A DNA stretch of 32,000 nucleotides from the NCBI RefSeq assembly GCF_036323395.1, contig NZ_AP028907.1, forward strand, positions 750,001 through 782,000, written 5' to 3'. The position numbers and the translations under genes were made by a program. The notes below the pieces were generated by a model. The model saw nothing but the letters and a program-made list of their open reading frames with translations. It did not search any database and was not told the DNA's origin. Source of the DNA: Pyrodictium abyssi (GTDB lineage Archaea; Thermoproteota; Thermoprotei_A; Sulfolobales; Pyrodictiaceae). Positions 1-8,547 of this stretch are shown here, one piece after another. Every line of letters begins with the position of its first letter. The stretch's first letter is position 1.

Positions 1-1098
1 AGCGTCCACCACCTGTGCTATGAACTGCGCCACGTTGCCCTGCAGCAGGCCGCTAACACCGCCCACGCTGGCGTCAGCGAATATGCCGGTAGCTATCGCG
101 CCCCATAGACCCCCCATACCGTGGACCGCCCAGGCGTCAAGACTCTCGTCTAGCCCACGCGCTATGCGGAACAGCATAGCACCGTAGCACAGCAGGCCCG
201 CGACCGCTCCTATCACAACCGCTGCCCCAGCACCAACATAGCCTGCTGCTGGCGTTATCGCCACCAGGCCTGCTACAGCACCGCTAGCAAGGCCTAGCGA
301 GCCCGGCTTATCGCGCACCCAGCTGGCAACGAGCCAGGCGAGAGCGCCCGCTGAGGCCGCTATGTGCGTCACCAGTAGCGCGTTAGCAGCAGACGCGTCC
401 GCGGCGAGCGCGCTCCCCGCGTTGAACCCGAACCAGCCGAACCATAGCAGCGCAGTGCCTATGAGCGTTAGCGGGATGTTGTGCGGAGCCATGTTGTACT
501 CTCCGTAGCCTATCCTCTTGCCCACTACAAGCGCTAGCACGAGCGCGGCAAAGCCCGACGTTATGTGCACCACCGTGCCTCCCGCGAAGTCTAGGGGCGC
601 CGCGCCAAGCGCCTCATGTAGCCAGGTGTGGAGCCAGCCACCTCCCCATACCCAGTGGGCTACAGGGTCGTAGACCAGTGTTGTCCAGAGCAGGCCGAAG
701 ACCAGGAAAGCGCCCAGCTTCACCCTCTCGGCCAGCGCGCTCGTCAGTATAGCCAGGGTTATGGCGGCGAATGTCATCTGGAACGCGACAAACGCTAGGT
801 GTGGCAGGCCCTCGAGCCCCGGCGTTGGCTGGTCTACCGCTATACCGCGGAGCCCAGCGTACTCGAGGCCGCCCACAAACCCGCCTAACACGTTGCCTCC
901 AAAGCTGAGGCTATAGCCCACCAGCACCCACTGGAGGCTAACCAGCACCATAGAAACGAACGACAGAGATATCATGGACACTACGTTCTTCCTCCTCACC
1001 ATACCGCCGTAAAAGAACCCCAGGCCCATAGTCATCAGCACTACCATCGACGTAGCCGCCAGTATCCAGGCAGCGTCCCCCGAACTAAACCCAGGCAT
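1..1098 (-). CDS. amt: Ammonium transporter (Amt/MEP/Rh family), C-terminus truncated by window edge
   Basis: Minus-strand reading frame [50 protein letters not shown]..., matching the Amt N-terminal pattern ([15 protein letters not shown]). Open to the window start. Confidence 0.93.
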   Translation of the reverse strand, partial: MPGFSSGDAAWILAATSMVVLMTMGLGFFYGGMVRRKNVVSMISLSFVSMVLVSLQWVLVGYSLSFGGNVLGGFVGGLEYAGLRGIAVDQPTPGLEGLPHLAFVAFQMTFAAITLAILTSALAERVKLGAFLVFGLLWTTLVYDPVAHWVWGGGWLHTWLHEALGAAPLDFAGGTVVHITSGFAALVLALVVGKRIGYGEYNMAPHNIPLTLIGTALLWFGWFGFNAGSALAADASAANALLVTHIAASAGALAWLVASWVRDKPGSLGLASGAVAGLVAITPAAGYVGAGAAVVIGAVAGLLCYGAMLFRIARGLDESLDAWAVHGMGGLWGAIATGIFADASVGGVSGLLQGNVAQFIAQVVDA

Positions 1099-1399
1099 AT
1101 CACACCCAACCGCGGCGCCCCAGGAGAGCCACGAACAGGGCTAAAACACTTGCCGGCAAGGAGACGGGTAGCCCACATGGGTTCTACAACAACACGAATG
1201 CAGGAAATACAACACCTCTACAGAATTACAGCCAACAGTCGCGAACACTCTAGAGGCTAGAGCCCCTGCGGAACCGTACAACAATCGAAGCCAGCTAGGT
1301 GTAGAAACAACCTAACCCAGAGAACAAGCAACAAGGGCCCCGCCGGGAGTGAGGGGAAGAATCGAGTTGAGGGTACGCAAGAGGATCATGAGAGGGGTG

Positions 1400-1471
1400 T
1401 GGCGCCGGGGGCGGGATTTGAACCCGCGCGGCCGGTGCGGCCACCGGCTCTCCAGGCCAGTGGCCCCCGGC
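1400..1471 (-). pseudogene. Degenerate or partial tRNA-Ser copy (candidate att site), D-arm absent
   Basis: 36 nt (1398-1433) identical to 24042-24077 (T-arm, acceptor 3' side, CCA). A further 20 nt (1439-1458), the anticodon stem-loop, is identical to 24085-24104. The variable arm differs and the D-arm is missing. Confidence 0.8.
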
Positions 1472-1523
1472 GATGGTAGTATGCCCCGGCCCGGGCCTTG
1501 GGGCGGAGGCTTTCTAAGACAGA

Positions 1524-1721
1524 GTGTACACAGTGTACACACGGTGCCGGAGCTTGGGCCGCGGCCTACTCAAGGTCCAGAGGAAGCCCGCCGGCGAGCG
1601 CACCATACTCTACGTGCATCTACCCAAGGAGTGGGTAGACCGCCTAGGACTACGCGAGGGAGACTACGTGGAATGGGAGATCGACGGCCGGGGCCGGCTG
1701 GTCTTGAAGAAGCTGCGGTGA
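1524..1721 (+). CDS. Small SpoVT/AbrB-like DNA-binding protein (start uncertain)
   Basis: ERTILYVHLPKEWVDRLGLREGDYVEWEIDGRGRLVLKKL follows the swapped-hairpin AbrB pattern (vtIPkew...LgLreGDyVe...). Confidence 0.7.
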   Translation: MYTVYTRCRSLGRGLLKVQRKPAGERTILYVHLPKEWVDRLGLREGDYVEWEIDGRGRLVLKKLR

Positions 1722-1798
1722 GCTCACCCGCAGTGTATACCGAAAGTTTTCGGGTCTACGCGCGGGAAGGTGGACGTAGACTAGGTAGACCGGTCCAC

Positions 1799-2281
1799 CT
1801 AGTGGAGTAGCCGTGGCAGTATCTTGGCTATCTTCTCCCAGTCGCGTAGACTCATTACGGTTTCAACTCTGCTGCCTGGCCCCCAGATCGGCAGCTCCTC
1901 GGGGGTTATCTCGCGCAGCAGAGCGCCCGGCATGAGTAGGATCACGCGCGGATACACGGAGCCTATAGGCTCGTTTACGCGGTCTACCCCGGCTTCGAAA
2001 AGGGCCACGTAGATGGCTACGCGCCCGTCTACGAGCGCATAGCCGTAGGCCCCTTTCCGTCCGCACATAATACCCGCAGCCGGGGCCACATGCTCGGCTA
2101 TGCAGCACGCCAGGCGGTCTACATTGACCCTGTACTCGGAGGGCCTAAGCTCCAGCTCCTCTAGGACACCGTGCTCGACCAGGGACGGCAGCATCTTAGC
2201 CACTTTCCCCGGGATCGTAGGGACGCCCGGGACTCCGTCTAGGAGCCCTAGAAGCTCCCTCAGCTCCTCGACGCTGCACAC
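1799..2281 (-). CDS. Hypothetical protein, 160 aa
   Basis: Intact ORF with no family recognised; collinear with the downstream minus-strand genes. Confidence 0.6.
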   Translation of the reverse strand: MCSVEELRELLGLLDGVPGVPTIPGKVAKMLPSLVEHGVLEELELRPSEYRVNVDRLACCIAEHVAPAAGIMCGRKGAYGYALVDGRVAIYVALFEAGVDRVNEPIGSVYPRVILLMPGALLREITPEELPIWGPGSRVETVMSLRDWEKIAKILPRLLH

Positions 2282-2334
2282 CCTCCACCACCAGGCCGCG
2301 GCCTGGTTTGGTTAGCTGGTGCACAGGCAAAGGT

Positions 2335-3351
2335 TCACTGCTCCTCTAACAGGAGGCTTCGAGGCGCTACGTTCTCCTCGAGCCAGCGGGCGAATCGGTG
2401 GTACTCCATTTTGACCAGGTCCTCTAGGCTGATGTAGTTCTCCTCGGTCGTCTTTGTCTTCACGGCGCTGGGGATCTGGATGAGCTCGGCGCCTGGGTCG
2501 TGGCCGCCTACGTGGGCCGCGGCCTGGGGTCCCAGCATCCTCGCTATATGGTGCAGAGAGAACTTCCGGATGTACTTCGGCGCGGGCGCTCCCTTGCCTG
2601 CCGCGTGTTTTGCTAGCTTGTCCCGGCGCGGCGGCCTGTAGCCCTGCTCCACGGCCTTGTTTACCGCCTCGTAGAGCCACCCCGGCATGTAGAAGCCGTA
2701 GACATGTTTATGGCTCTGCCTCTTGCTCTTCGACTGTATGCACCATCTGCGGAACAGCTCGTAGTCGGGCTCCGGGAGGGGGTCGCTTCCCCCGCCCTGT
2801 TCCTCGAGGAACCGCAGATAGTTCCTAAGCGCCAGGACGTGCCACTTATTCAGCTTCATGGTGTATAGGTCCTCTCTCCGAAGCGGCCAGCGGAACTTCC
2901 GGAGATACGATACGTACGTGCCGCAGGTCCTCTCCGGGTTCTTCTCCGGCCAGCCCGGGGGAGCCACTATGCGCAGACAGCCGCCGGCTATAGGCTCGGT
3001 TCGCACTGCTACGCTCCCCCAGTCCCCCAGCAGCCGCAGCACATGCTCCGGCCGGGCAGCCGTGTACAAGAGCACGTAGTAGACGAGGCGATAGCGGGGC
3101 CTAAGCCTGGGAAGACTGGTCCGCACCTGCTCCACCGGAGGGACGTAGCGGTCCTCCCCGCTCTCCGGCACACGCAACGCCTCCATCCTCCTCCACGCCT
3201 CGAGGCTTCCTCCCCAGGCCGCGGCCTGGGGCAGGGACTCGAGGACCACCGGGATCGCTGTACCGTCCTCGAGCACTATCGCGTACCTGCCGTCGGCGAG
3301 CTGGATGAGTCTGCCTAGTTTGGGCTTAGTCTCCAATATGAGCACCCACAT
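2335..3351 (-). CDS. Tyrosine recombinase / archaeal integrase
   Basis: YTAARPEHVLRLL (Arg I region), KYIRKFSLHHIARML, and C-terminal TTEENYISLEDLV (candidate nucleophilic Tyr), resembling the SSV/pNOB8-type integrase C-terminal layout. Located beside the left att. Confidence 0.8.
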   Translation of the reverse strand: MWVLILETKPKLGRLIQLADGRYAIVLEDGTAIPVVLESLPQAAAWGGSLEAWRRMEALRVPESGEDRYVPPVEQVRTSLPRLRPRYRLVYYVLLYTAARPEHVLRLLGDWGSVAVRTEPIAGGCLRIVAPPGWPEKNPERTCGTYVSYLRKFRWPLRREDLYTMKLNKWHVLALRNYLRFLEEQGGGSDPLPEPDYELFRRWCIQSKSKRQSHKHVYGFYMPGWLYEAVNKAVEQGYRPPRRDKLAKHAAGKGAPAPKYIRKFSLHHIARMLGPQAAAHVGGHDPGAELIQIPSAVKTKTTEENYISLEDLVKMEYHRFARWLEENVAPRSLLLEEQ

Positions 3352-3412
3352 GCTCCCCTATGGCTTGTGTCGCCTGTGGGTCTGGGGCGGGCTCAATGGT
3401 GTTTGAAAATAT

Positions 3413-4411
3413 CTAGCTTGGGGTTAGGCCGAGTTGCTCTAGCATGTCGCGTTTCACGTAGAGGGTTGCATTCTTGACTATGAGCTTGTACTTCTGGTTG
3501 TTCCATGGCCGGATCTCTATGTGTGGGAGAAGGCGCTTGACGAGGTAGAGTGCTGCTCCTAGTTGCTGTTTGAGGGTTGCGTGCTCGGCCGCGGCCTGGG
3601 GCCCTACGTGCAGGCGCTTAACGCGCGCCAGCACCGCCTTCCTCCTTGCTACTTCCTCTTCTATGTCCTCGGGCCGCGTGTAGGCCCGGATCAGCCACTT
3701 ACGCCTCTTCATCAGCGCTACGCCGGTGTACAGGCCGCGCAGTATCTGGCCCGGCTCGTCGCTGGTGACCATCGCCGATATCTCGTCCAGCGCCTGTAGC
3801 GCTGCTGAGCCGAGCATCCGGCCTATGACTCGTAGATCCGAGGGCTCGTCGGGGTAGTCCTTGAATATCTTGAGGACGCTGGTCCTACGCACGCTTATAT
3901 CGACGAGCGTGTACACCTGTGCCGTCCATACTATGTGTGTGTAGCCGGTGAAGCCTAGGTTCTCGAGCCGGTGGCGGACCATGACAAGCGCCTTCGTTTG
4001 CTCGACGTTCTCCTGGCTCATCGCCCGGCGCCCATGCATACCCTCCGCTGCTATGACGTCGTCCATGAAGATGTAGAGGTACCAGTAGTCCTGGAGCGGT
4101 AGATCGGCGACAGCATCCAGGACCACCTGCAGCGGCACCTCCTGCGCGTAGACGTACGCTATCCTATCGTCGTCGACCCCGTGGACGTCAAGCAGATACT
4201 GAACGGCCTCCCCGAGCTTCGCCTCGACGAACGACGTCTTGCCGAAACCCATTGGAGCTATAACCAGCGTCGAGCGGAGGAGCTTCGGCACCCTCCTCAC
4301 AGTCTCCGGCTTCGGTGCCACGTAGCGAAGGAACCGCCGCGTATCCCTCCCCGTCTCCTCGCGGACCTCGACACGAGGGATCTCGACGCCCGTGCTCAGC
4401 ACCGTATACAC
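3413..4411 (-). CDS. P-loop ATPase, possibly HerA/FtsK/Zot-like packaging type
   Basis: Walker A-like APMGFGKTSF, hydrophobic strand plus acidic pair YWYLYIFMDDV (Walker B), and a later Gln/Arg region (VWTAQVYTLVDISVRRTSVLKIFK). Confidence 0.65.
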   Translation of the reverse strand: MYTVLSTGVEIPRVEVREETGRDTRRFLRYVAPKPETVRRVPKLLRSTLVIAPMGFGKTSFVEAKLGEAVQYLLDVHGVDDDRIAYVYAQEVPLQVVLDAVADLPLQDYWYLYIFMDDVIAAEGMHGRRAMSQENVEQTKALVMVRHRLENLGFTGYTHIVWTAQVYTLVDISVRRTSVLKIFKDYPDEPSDLRVIGRMLGSAALQALDEISAMVTSDEPGQILRGLYTGVALMKRRKWLIRAYTRPEDIEEEVARRKAVLARVKRLHVGPQAAAEHATLKQQLGAALYLVKRLLPHIEIRPWNNQKYKLIVKNATLYVKRDMLEQLGLTPS

Positions 4412-4412
4412 C

Positions 4413-4784
4413 TCACTCTATAGAGATCGCTGATACCCTGACCAGGAGCCCCTCGAGGTACAATGCCTTGACGATCTGCTCTAGGGCCTGGTTCGCGTCG
4501 TTCCAGGCCGCGGCCAGGATCCCCTTCTCGTTCCCGCCCAGCTTCTCGAACAGCTTCGCTATGGAGTCGCCGAGCGACTCCGGTATAGTCGCCTTCTTTC
4601 CCACCACAGGCCTAGCGAGGTAGTAGAGCTGCCAGATGCAGCCAATGAACGCCTTGAGCCGGTCCCGGGCGGGCATCTTCGGATCTACTATCCAGAACCG
4701 TGTGCCTAGCTCGGCGCAGCGGTCAAGCTGCCGGTGCAGCACCATCAAGTAGTCCATACTCTCCTTGACTACGGACAGGCTCAT
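4413..4784 (-). CDS. Hypothetical protein, 123 aa
   Basis: Intact ORF starting 1 nt after, or overlapping with, its operon neighbours. Confidence 0.6.
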   Translation of the reverse strand: MSLSVVKESMDYLMVLHRQLDRCAELGTRFWIVDPKMPARDRLKAFIGCIWQLYYLARPVVGKKATIPESLGDSIAKLFEKLGGNEKGILAAAWNDANQALEQIVKALYLEGLLVRVSAISIE

Positions 4785-5155
4785 TAGAGTGCCACCTCGC
4801 CGACCTCGCTCTCCTCAGCCATCTTCTCCAGCTCGTCTATGGTCATCGGGATGCCCTTCTCGGCGGCGCAAGCCGCGGCCGCGTAGGCCAGCAGATGGCG
4901 GGCATACGGGCTCGGCTTCGGCGGGCGTATCTTAGCCTCCCAGTCTATCATGTCGAGTGCAGCTAGGCTCCCCACGACGCCCTCCGGGAGCAGCTCGGTC
5001 TCGAGTATGCGCTGCCCCTTCTCACAGCTAGTCGCCAGCATGAGCAGCGCAGCGTACTTCTCATCGACCCAGCCCCTGAAGTCCTCCAGCGTGACCTCCT
5101 TGCTCTTGCGGAATATCCGCAGCAGACTAGCACCACTAATGTACACCATGCTCAC
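4784..5155 (-). CDS. Hypothetical protein, 123 aa
   Basis: Intact ORF overlapping both neighbours by a few nt (translational coupling arrangement). Confidence 0.6.
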   Translation of the reverse strand: MSMVYISGASLLRIFRKSKEVTLEDFRGWVDEKYAALLMLATSCEKGQRILETELLPEGVVGSLAALDMIDWEAKIRPPKPSPYARHLLAYAAAACAAEKGIPMTIDELEKMAEESEVGEVAL

Positions 5156-5547
5156 CTCCTAGCGCTCTCCACCTTGGCGATGGCTTCCTCAGCCAGCCTC
5201 TTCACGTCGACATACCTGGAGCCCACCTTCAGCCTCTGCGGGAGCTTCTTCCTAGCCTTCACGTAGGCCACCAGCCTCACAATCGCGTCCAGCACGGCCC
5301 CCGAGGCTCCATGCCTCTTGGCCAGGAATGGCACGAAGTCCACGCGCTGTACGAACAGCTCCTGCGTCATCCTTATCTTGCGGCATGTCCCCTGCTCGTA
5401 TGTCCATCCCCTACGTAGATCCCGGAGTATGAGCCTTAGGACGCCAGCAGCCTCGCGGAGAGTGTCTATGCCGGGGCGCCTAAGCCTGCGCACGTACACG
5501 CCCTCCCTTCTCGCGTAGCACGAGTCACGGCCCATGTAGACCGGCAC
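5152..5547 (-). CDS. Hypothetical basic protein, 131 aa
   Basis: Intact ORF in a coupled operon, rich in Arg/Lys. Confidence 0.6.
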   Translation of the reverse strand: MPVYMGRDSCYARREGVYVRRLRRPGIDTLREAAGVLRLILRDLRRGWTYEQGTCRKIRMTQELFVQRVDFVPFLAKRHGASGAVLDAIVRLVAYVKARKKLPQRLKVGSRYVDVKRLAEEAIAKVESARR

Positions 5548-5554
5548 GGCCTCC

Positions 5555-6307
5555 TCACCTCCGGCCGCGGCCTGGGGCTACTAGGAGCAGCCCAAGGAGC
5601 GCGGCAGCCGCAGCACCCGCCAGCGCGTACTTGACGCGCTCATCGCTGAGGCTGATCTCCGCCTTCGGCGTCATCACCGTGATGGTATCCGAGGGCTTGG
5701 CGGGCGTCGGGTCGTCGGGCACCTCTACCCTGTTGTCCTCAAGCCATACAGAGAACTGTACACGGCGGGGGAGCTGGTCCTTCTCATCGCATGGGAGGTC
5801 CCACGTTATGGCTGCTGCTAGCTTCTTACCTTCGGGGAGCTTCTTTGCATCCACGACTAGGCAGCCTTGCCCGCTGCTTAGCGGTATGTAGCTGCCTAGC
5901 GGAAGGGCTGCGGCGAGGGGCACGACGCCGCCGTAGTATGCTACTGCGTCGTTGTAGACCGCTATGAAGAGGAACCGCTGTTCGGTCTGGGCGTGCTCGG
6001 ATGAGTCGTCGCTGGTTATCTTTGCGCATATCTTGAACGTCTTGAAGTATTTCTTTATCGTGCCGCTTTCTGGCGCAATTGGGACGTAGATGACTCGTAT
6101 CCCCTTAGATGAATAGATTGTTTTGCTTACTTGCAGCTCACCGTCTACACGGTATTCGTCTATGACATTGTACCTGCAGTCTGTCACCAGAATCTTGGAG
6201 CTCGTGTCCCACGTTATCTCGACCGTCCTCGCCGCTGCATGCAGGACTGCGGCTGGGAGGACTAGGAGGGCTAGGGCCGCGGCCAGGGCTAGTCTAGACT
6301 TGTGCAC
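5555..6307 (-). CDS. Secreted/membrane-anchored protein with signal peptide and C-terminal TM plus GRGRR tail
   Basis: Likely GTG start: VHKSRLALAAALALLVLPAAVLHAAARTVEI... C-terminus PKAEISLSDERVKYALAGAAAAALLGLLLVAPGRGRR. The longer 6565 start is considered unlikely. Confidence 0.72.
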   Translation of the reverse strand: MHKSRLALAAALALLVLPAAVLHAAARTVEITWDTSSKILVTDCRYNVIDEYRVDGELQVSKTIYSSKGIRVIYVPIAPESGTIKKYFKTFKICAKITSDDSSEHAQTEQRFLFIAVYNDAVAYYGGVVPLAAALPLGSYIPLSSGQGCLVVDAKKLPEGKKLAAAITWDLPCDEKDQLPRRVQFSVWLEDNRVEVPDDPTPAKPSDTITVMTPKAEISLSDERVKYALAGAAAAALLGLLLVAPGRGRR

Positions 6308-6461
6308 GGCTCGGCACCGGTCTAGGTGGGGGCGGCTTCTCGGTGTTAGCCCTGCTCCACGTGAGCACCCCATCGTTTCCATGTTCTGCTCAAGGCCAGC
6401 AGGGCTAACACAACCCAGAGCGCAAGTATAGAAGCCGAAGAACCCCGGGACAGGTGATAGC

Positions 6462-8300
6462 ATGAATAGGCATAGACTCCTCCCGGCCCTAGGCCTACTA
6501 GCCCTACTCCTCATAGCAGGCATAGCGAGCGCGGAGCAGGAGATGCTGCGCGCCGACCTCGACAAGACGCTCTTCTTCTGGACGCAGAAGGACTACGTGA
6601 GGTTCTGTCGGGATAGAAGCGGTAACCCCAGCTACACAGACAAGGCAATATTGTTCGTGGACGATGAGCTGCCTGCTAGCAGGATAGCTAGCATTCAGCT
6701 GGACCTGCAGAACTACGTGCAGCGTTACGTGAAGGTGGACTTCGACCAGTACGCGGGGAACGAGTATCTCGTCATCCAGTCATCGTCGTACGACCTGGAT
6801 TGGGCTGACAAGTACAGCGGCATACCGCTGCTGGTCCACATAGTGACTGAGGACGGGGAGACGATCCGTGTGCCAGCGTTCATGGGGATGCCAGAGTTCA
6901 ACACTGCTGGCCACTGGTGGTACGGTTGGCGCGTTGGCGAGATTCAGCTAGTCGTCCACCTCCCCGTCGACCCGAGCAGGATAGCAGCGCTCGTAGTGTA
7001 TCCAGACGACAGGGAGGGCGTGGTAAACTCGAACGACTGTGTGGGCTACTGGCAGCTCATGGTGGGCTTCGCCCCCGAGGACGCCATAGTAAATCCGAAC
7101 GTCAACGTGACCGTGAAGCCAGACATCAAGGTGCAGGGCGATAGCAAGCCTGTGGTCATAACCCAGACCGTGAGAGAGGAGCACATGGCCGGCCGGGAGA
7201 ACCCCGGCGACGGCGACGCGAAGCTGAAGTACGCGCTGGCGGGCGCGGTCGGCGGCGCGATGCTCGTGGGGATAATACTGGTGGCTGTGAACGGCCGCGG
7301 CCGGAAGCACGCCATAGTCTTCCTAGCCCTAGGCGCGGCACTGGCACTGGCCGCCCATGCCCACGCCGCCACGATCGACGCCAGCAACGCCCAGGACCTC
7401 CAGCACCTCATAGTCTACTCCAACGCCACGATAACTATCAGCGCTAACGAGACCGGGATCGTAGTCAGCAATCAGGACAACGCTACCGCGCTGGTGGTCC
7501 TCAACCCGCTGTTCGGCTACGTGCTGCGGGGCCTGCACGGCGCGTACCCCGTGCTGGTGAACACCACGGACTACAGCGTGGTGCTCGTGATAGCGAACGA
7601 GACGAGCCTCGACGCCGTGGGGATGCGTAGGGGCGACGGGGCTGCGCTGGGCCTGCTGGTGCCGGCGAACAGCAGCGCTGTGGTCGAGAGCATAGACTAC
7701 GATGCGGATAGCAGCGGCGTGCCCGTCGGCGTCGAGGGGCTTAGCAGCATCAGCCCGCCGCCGGACTACAAGCTGGCCGGGGACAGGTCGGGTTCAGACA
7801 CAGAGCACTGGACGTGGACGATGCCGGTAAGCGGCACGCTATGGCTCGCGTTCAACCCCGGCGAGGGCAGGAAGAGCGACGGCAGCACCGACTACCCGTT
7901 CTTCGGCGAGATACGCTTCGTGGACCCCAACGGCCGCGGCCTGGGCTACATGTTCTGCCACGTCCACGAGTGCCAGCCGGGCAAGTACCAGATACTAACG
8001 TACGTCGCCGGCCCCGGCGAGGTAAAGTTCGACGTGTTCCGCGACAGCAGCGTAACAACCGTGACAATGGGCTGGAGGCTAGTCTGGGCCTACAAGGCCG
8101 ACTCGGGCGACAGCAATAGCCCGCCCGTAGATGGAGGCGGCGACGTGCAGCCGGCGCCGAATCCTAACCCGACGCAGACGGCGCAGCCGGACACCCCCAA
8201 GGCTGAGATCAACATGGACAGCGAGACGACCAAGTACGCGGTAGCCGGCGCCGCGGCCATAGTCTTCCTAGCCATAGTGGTGCTGGCTACGAGGAGGTGA
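6462..8300 (+). CDS. Two-ectodomain membrane protein, polyprotein-like (signal peptide - domain 1 - TM/GRGRK - second signal-like segment - domain 2 - C-terminal TM)
   Basis: N-term LLPALGLLALLLIAGIASAEQ. Internal LKYALAGAVGGAMLVGIILVAVNGRGRKHAIVFLALGAALALAAHAHAATIDAS. C-term PKAEINMDSETTKYAVAGAAAIVFLAIVVLATRR. Confidence 0.85.
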   Translation: MNRHRLLPALGLLALLLIAGIASAEQEMLRADLDKTLFFWTQKDYVRFCRDRSGNPSYTDKAILFVDDELPASRIASIQLDLQNYVQRYVKVDFDQYAGNEYLVIQSSSYDLDWADKYSGIPLLVHIVTEDGETIRVPAFMGMPEFNTAGHWWYGWRVGEIQLVVHLPVDPSRIAALVVYPDDREGVVNSNDCVGYWQLMVGFAPEDAIVNPNVNVTVKPDIKVQGDSKPVVITQTVREEHMAGRENPGDGDAKLKYALAGAVGGAMLVGIILVAVNGRGRKHAIVFLALGAALALAAHAHAATIDASNAQDLQHLIVYSNATITISANETGIVVSNQDNATALVVLNPLFGYVLRGLHGAYPVLVNTTDYSVVLVIANETSLDAVGMRRGDGAALGLLVPANSSAVVESIDYDADSSGVPVGVEGLSSISPPPDYKLAGDRSGSDTEHWTWTMPVSGTLWLAFNPGEGRKSDGSTDYPFFGEIRFVDPNGRGLGYMFCHVHECQPGKYQILTYVAGPGEVKFDVFRDSSVTTVTMGWRLVWAYKADSGDSNSPPVDGGGDVQPAPNPNPTQTAQPDTPKAEINMDSETTKYAVAGAAAIVFLAIVVLATRR

Positions 8301-8307
8301 TAGTGCT

Positions 8308-8499
8308 ATGGGCGTGAGGGCTAGGCTGGGCGGGCTCGCCTCGGCGGCCGGGCCGCTGGCTCTGGTGCTCTTCATAGCGGGCCTAGGCGCGGTAGTGGCT
8401 GTCGCCATGAAGCCGGATCTGGCGAAGTACGCGGCATACGGAGTCGGCGTCATAGGAGCATTCGCCGGCTTCGTGCTCGCCGCAACCCGCCGGCGCTAG
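8308..8499 (+). CDS. Small two-TM protein, 63 aa
   Basis: MGVRARLGGLASAAGPLALVLFIAGLGAVVAVAMKPDLAKYAAYGVGVIGAFAGFVLAATRRR. Has the same KYA..G-TM-RRR tail. Starts 5 nt after the upstream stop. Confidence 0.7.
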   Translation: MGVRARLGGLASAAGPLALVLFIAGLGAVVAVAMKPDLAKYAAYGVGVIGAFAGFVLAATRRR

Positions 8500-8547
8500 C
8501 CCGCACCCACTCTTTTTCCCGTCGACAGCCACTCCTGGGGTGAGACT

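Noticed and set aside
2335-3351. SSV-type partitioned integrase gene (int split by the att site)
   Set aside because: The integrase ORF is continuous and about 0.9 kb from the left att; no second integrase fragment was seen near 24 kb.
4870-4883. Additional palindrome-like sites (agccgcggccgcg near 4871, agccgcggccc near 12136, gggccgcgggg near 19751, ctccgcggcctgg near 20345)
   Set aside because: They lack the exact 10-bp GGCCGCGGCC and were excluded from the count.
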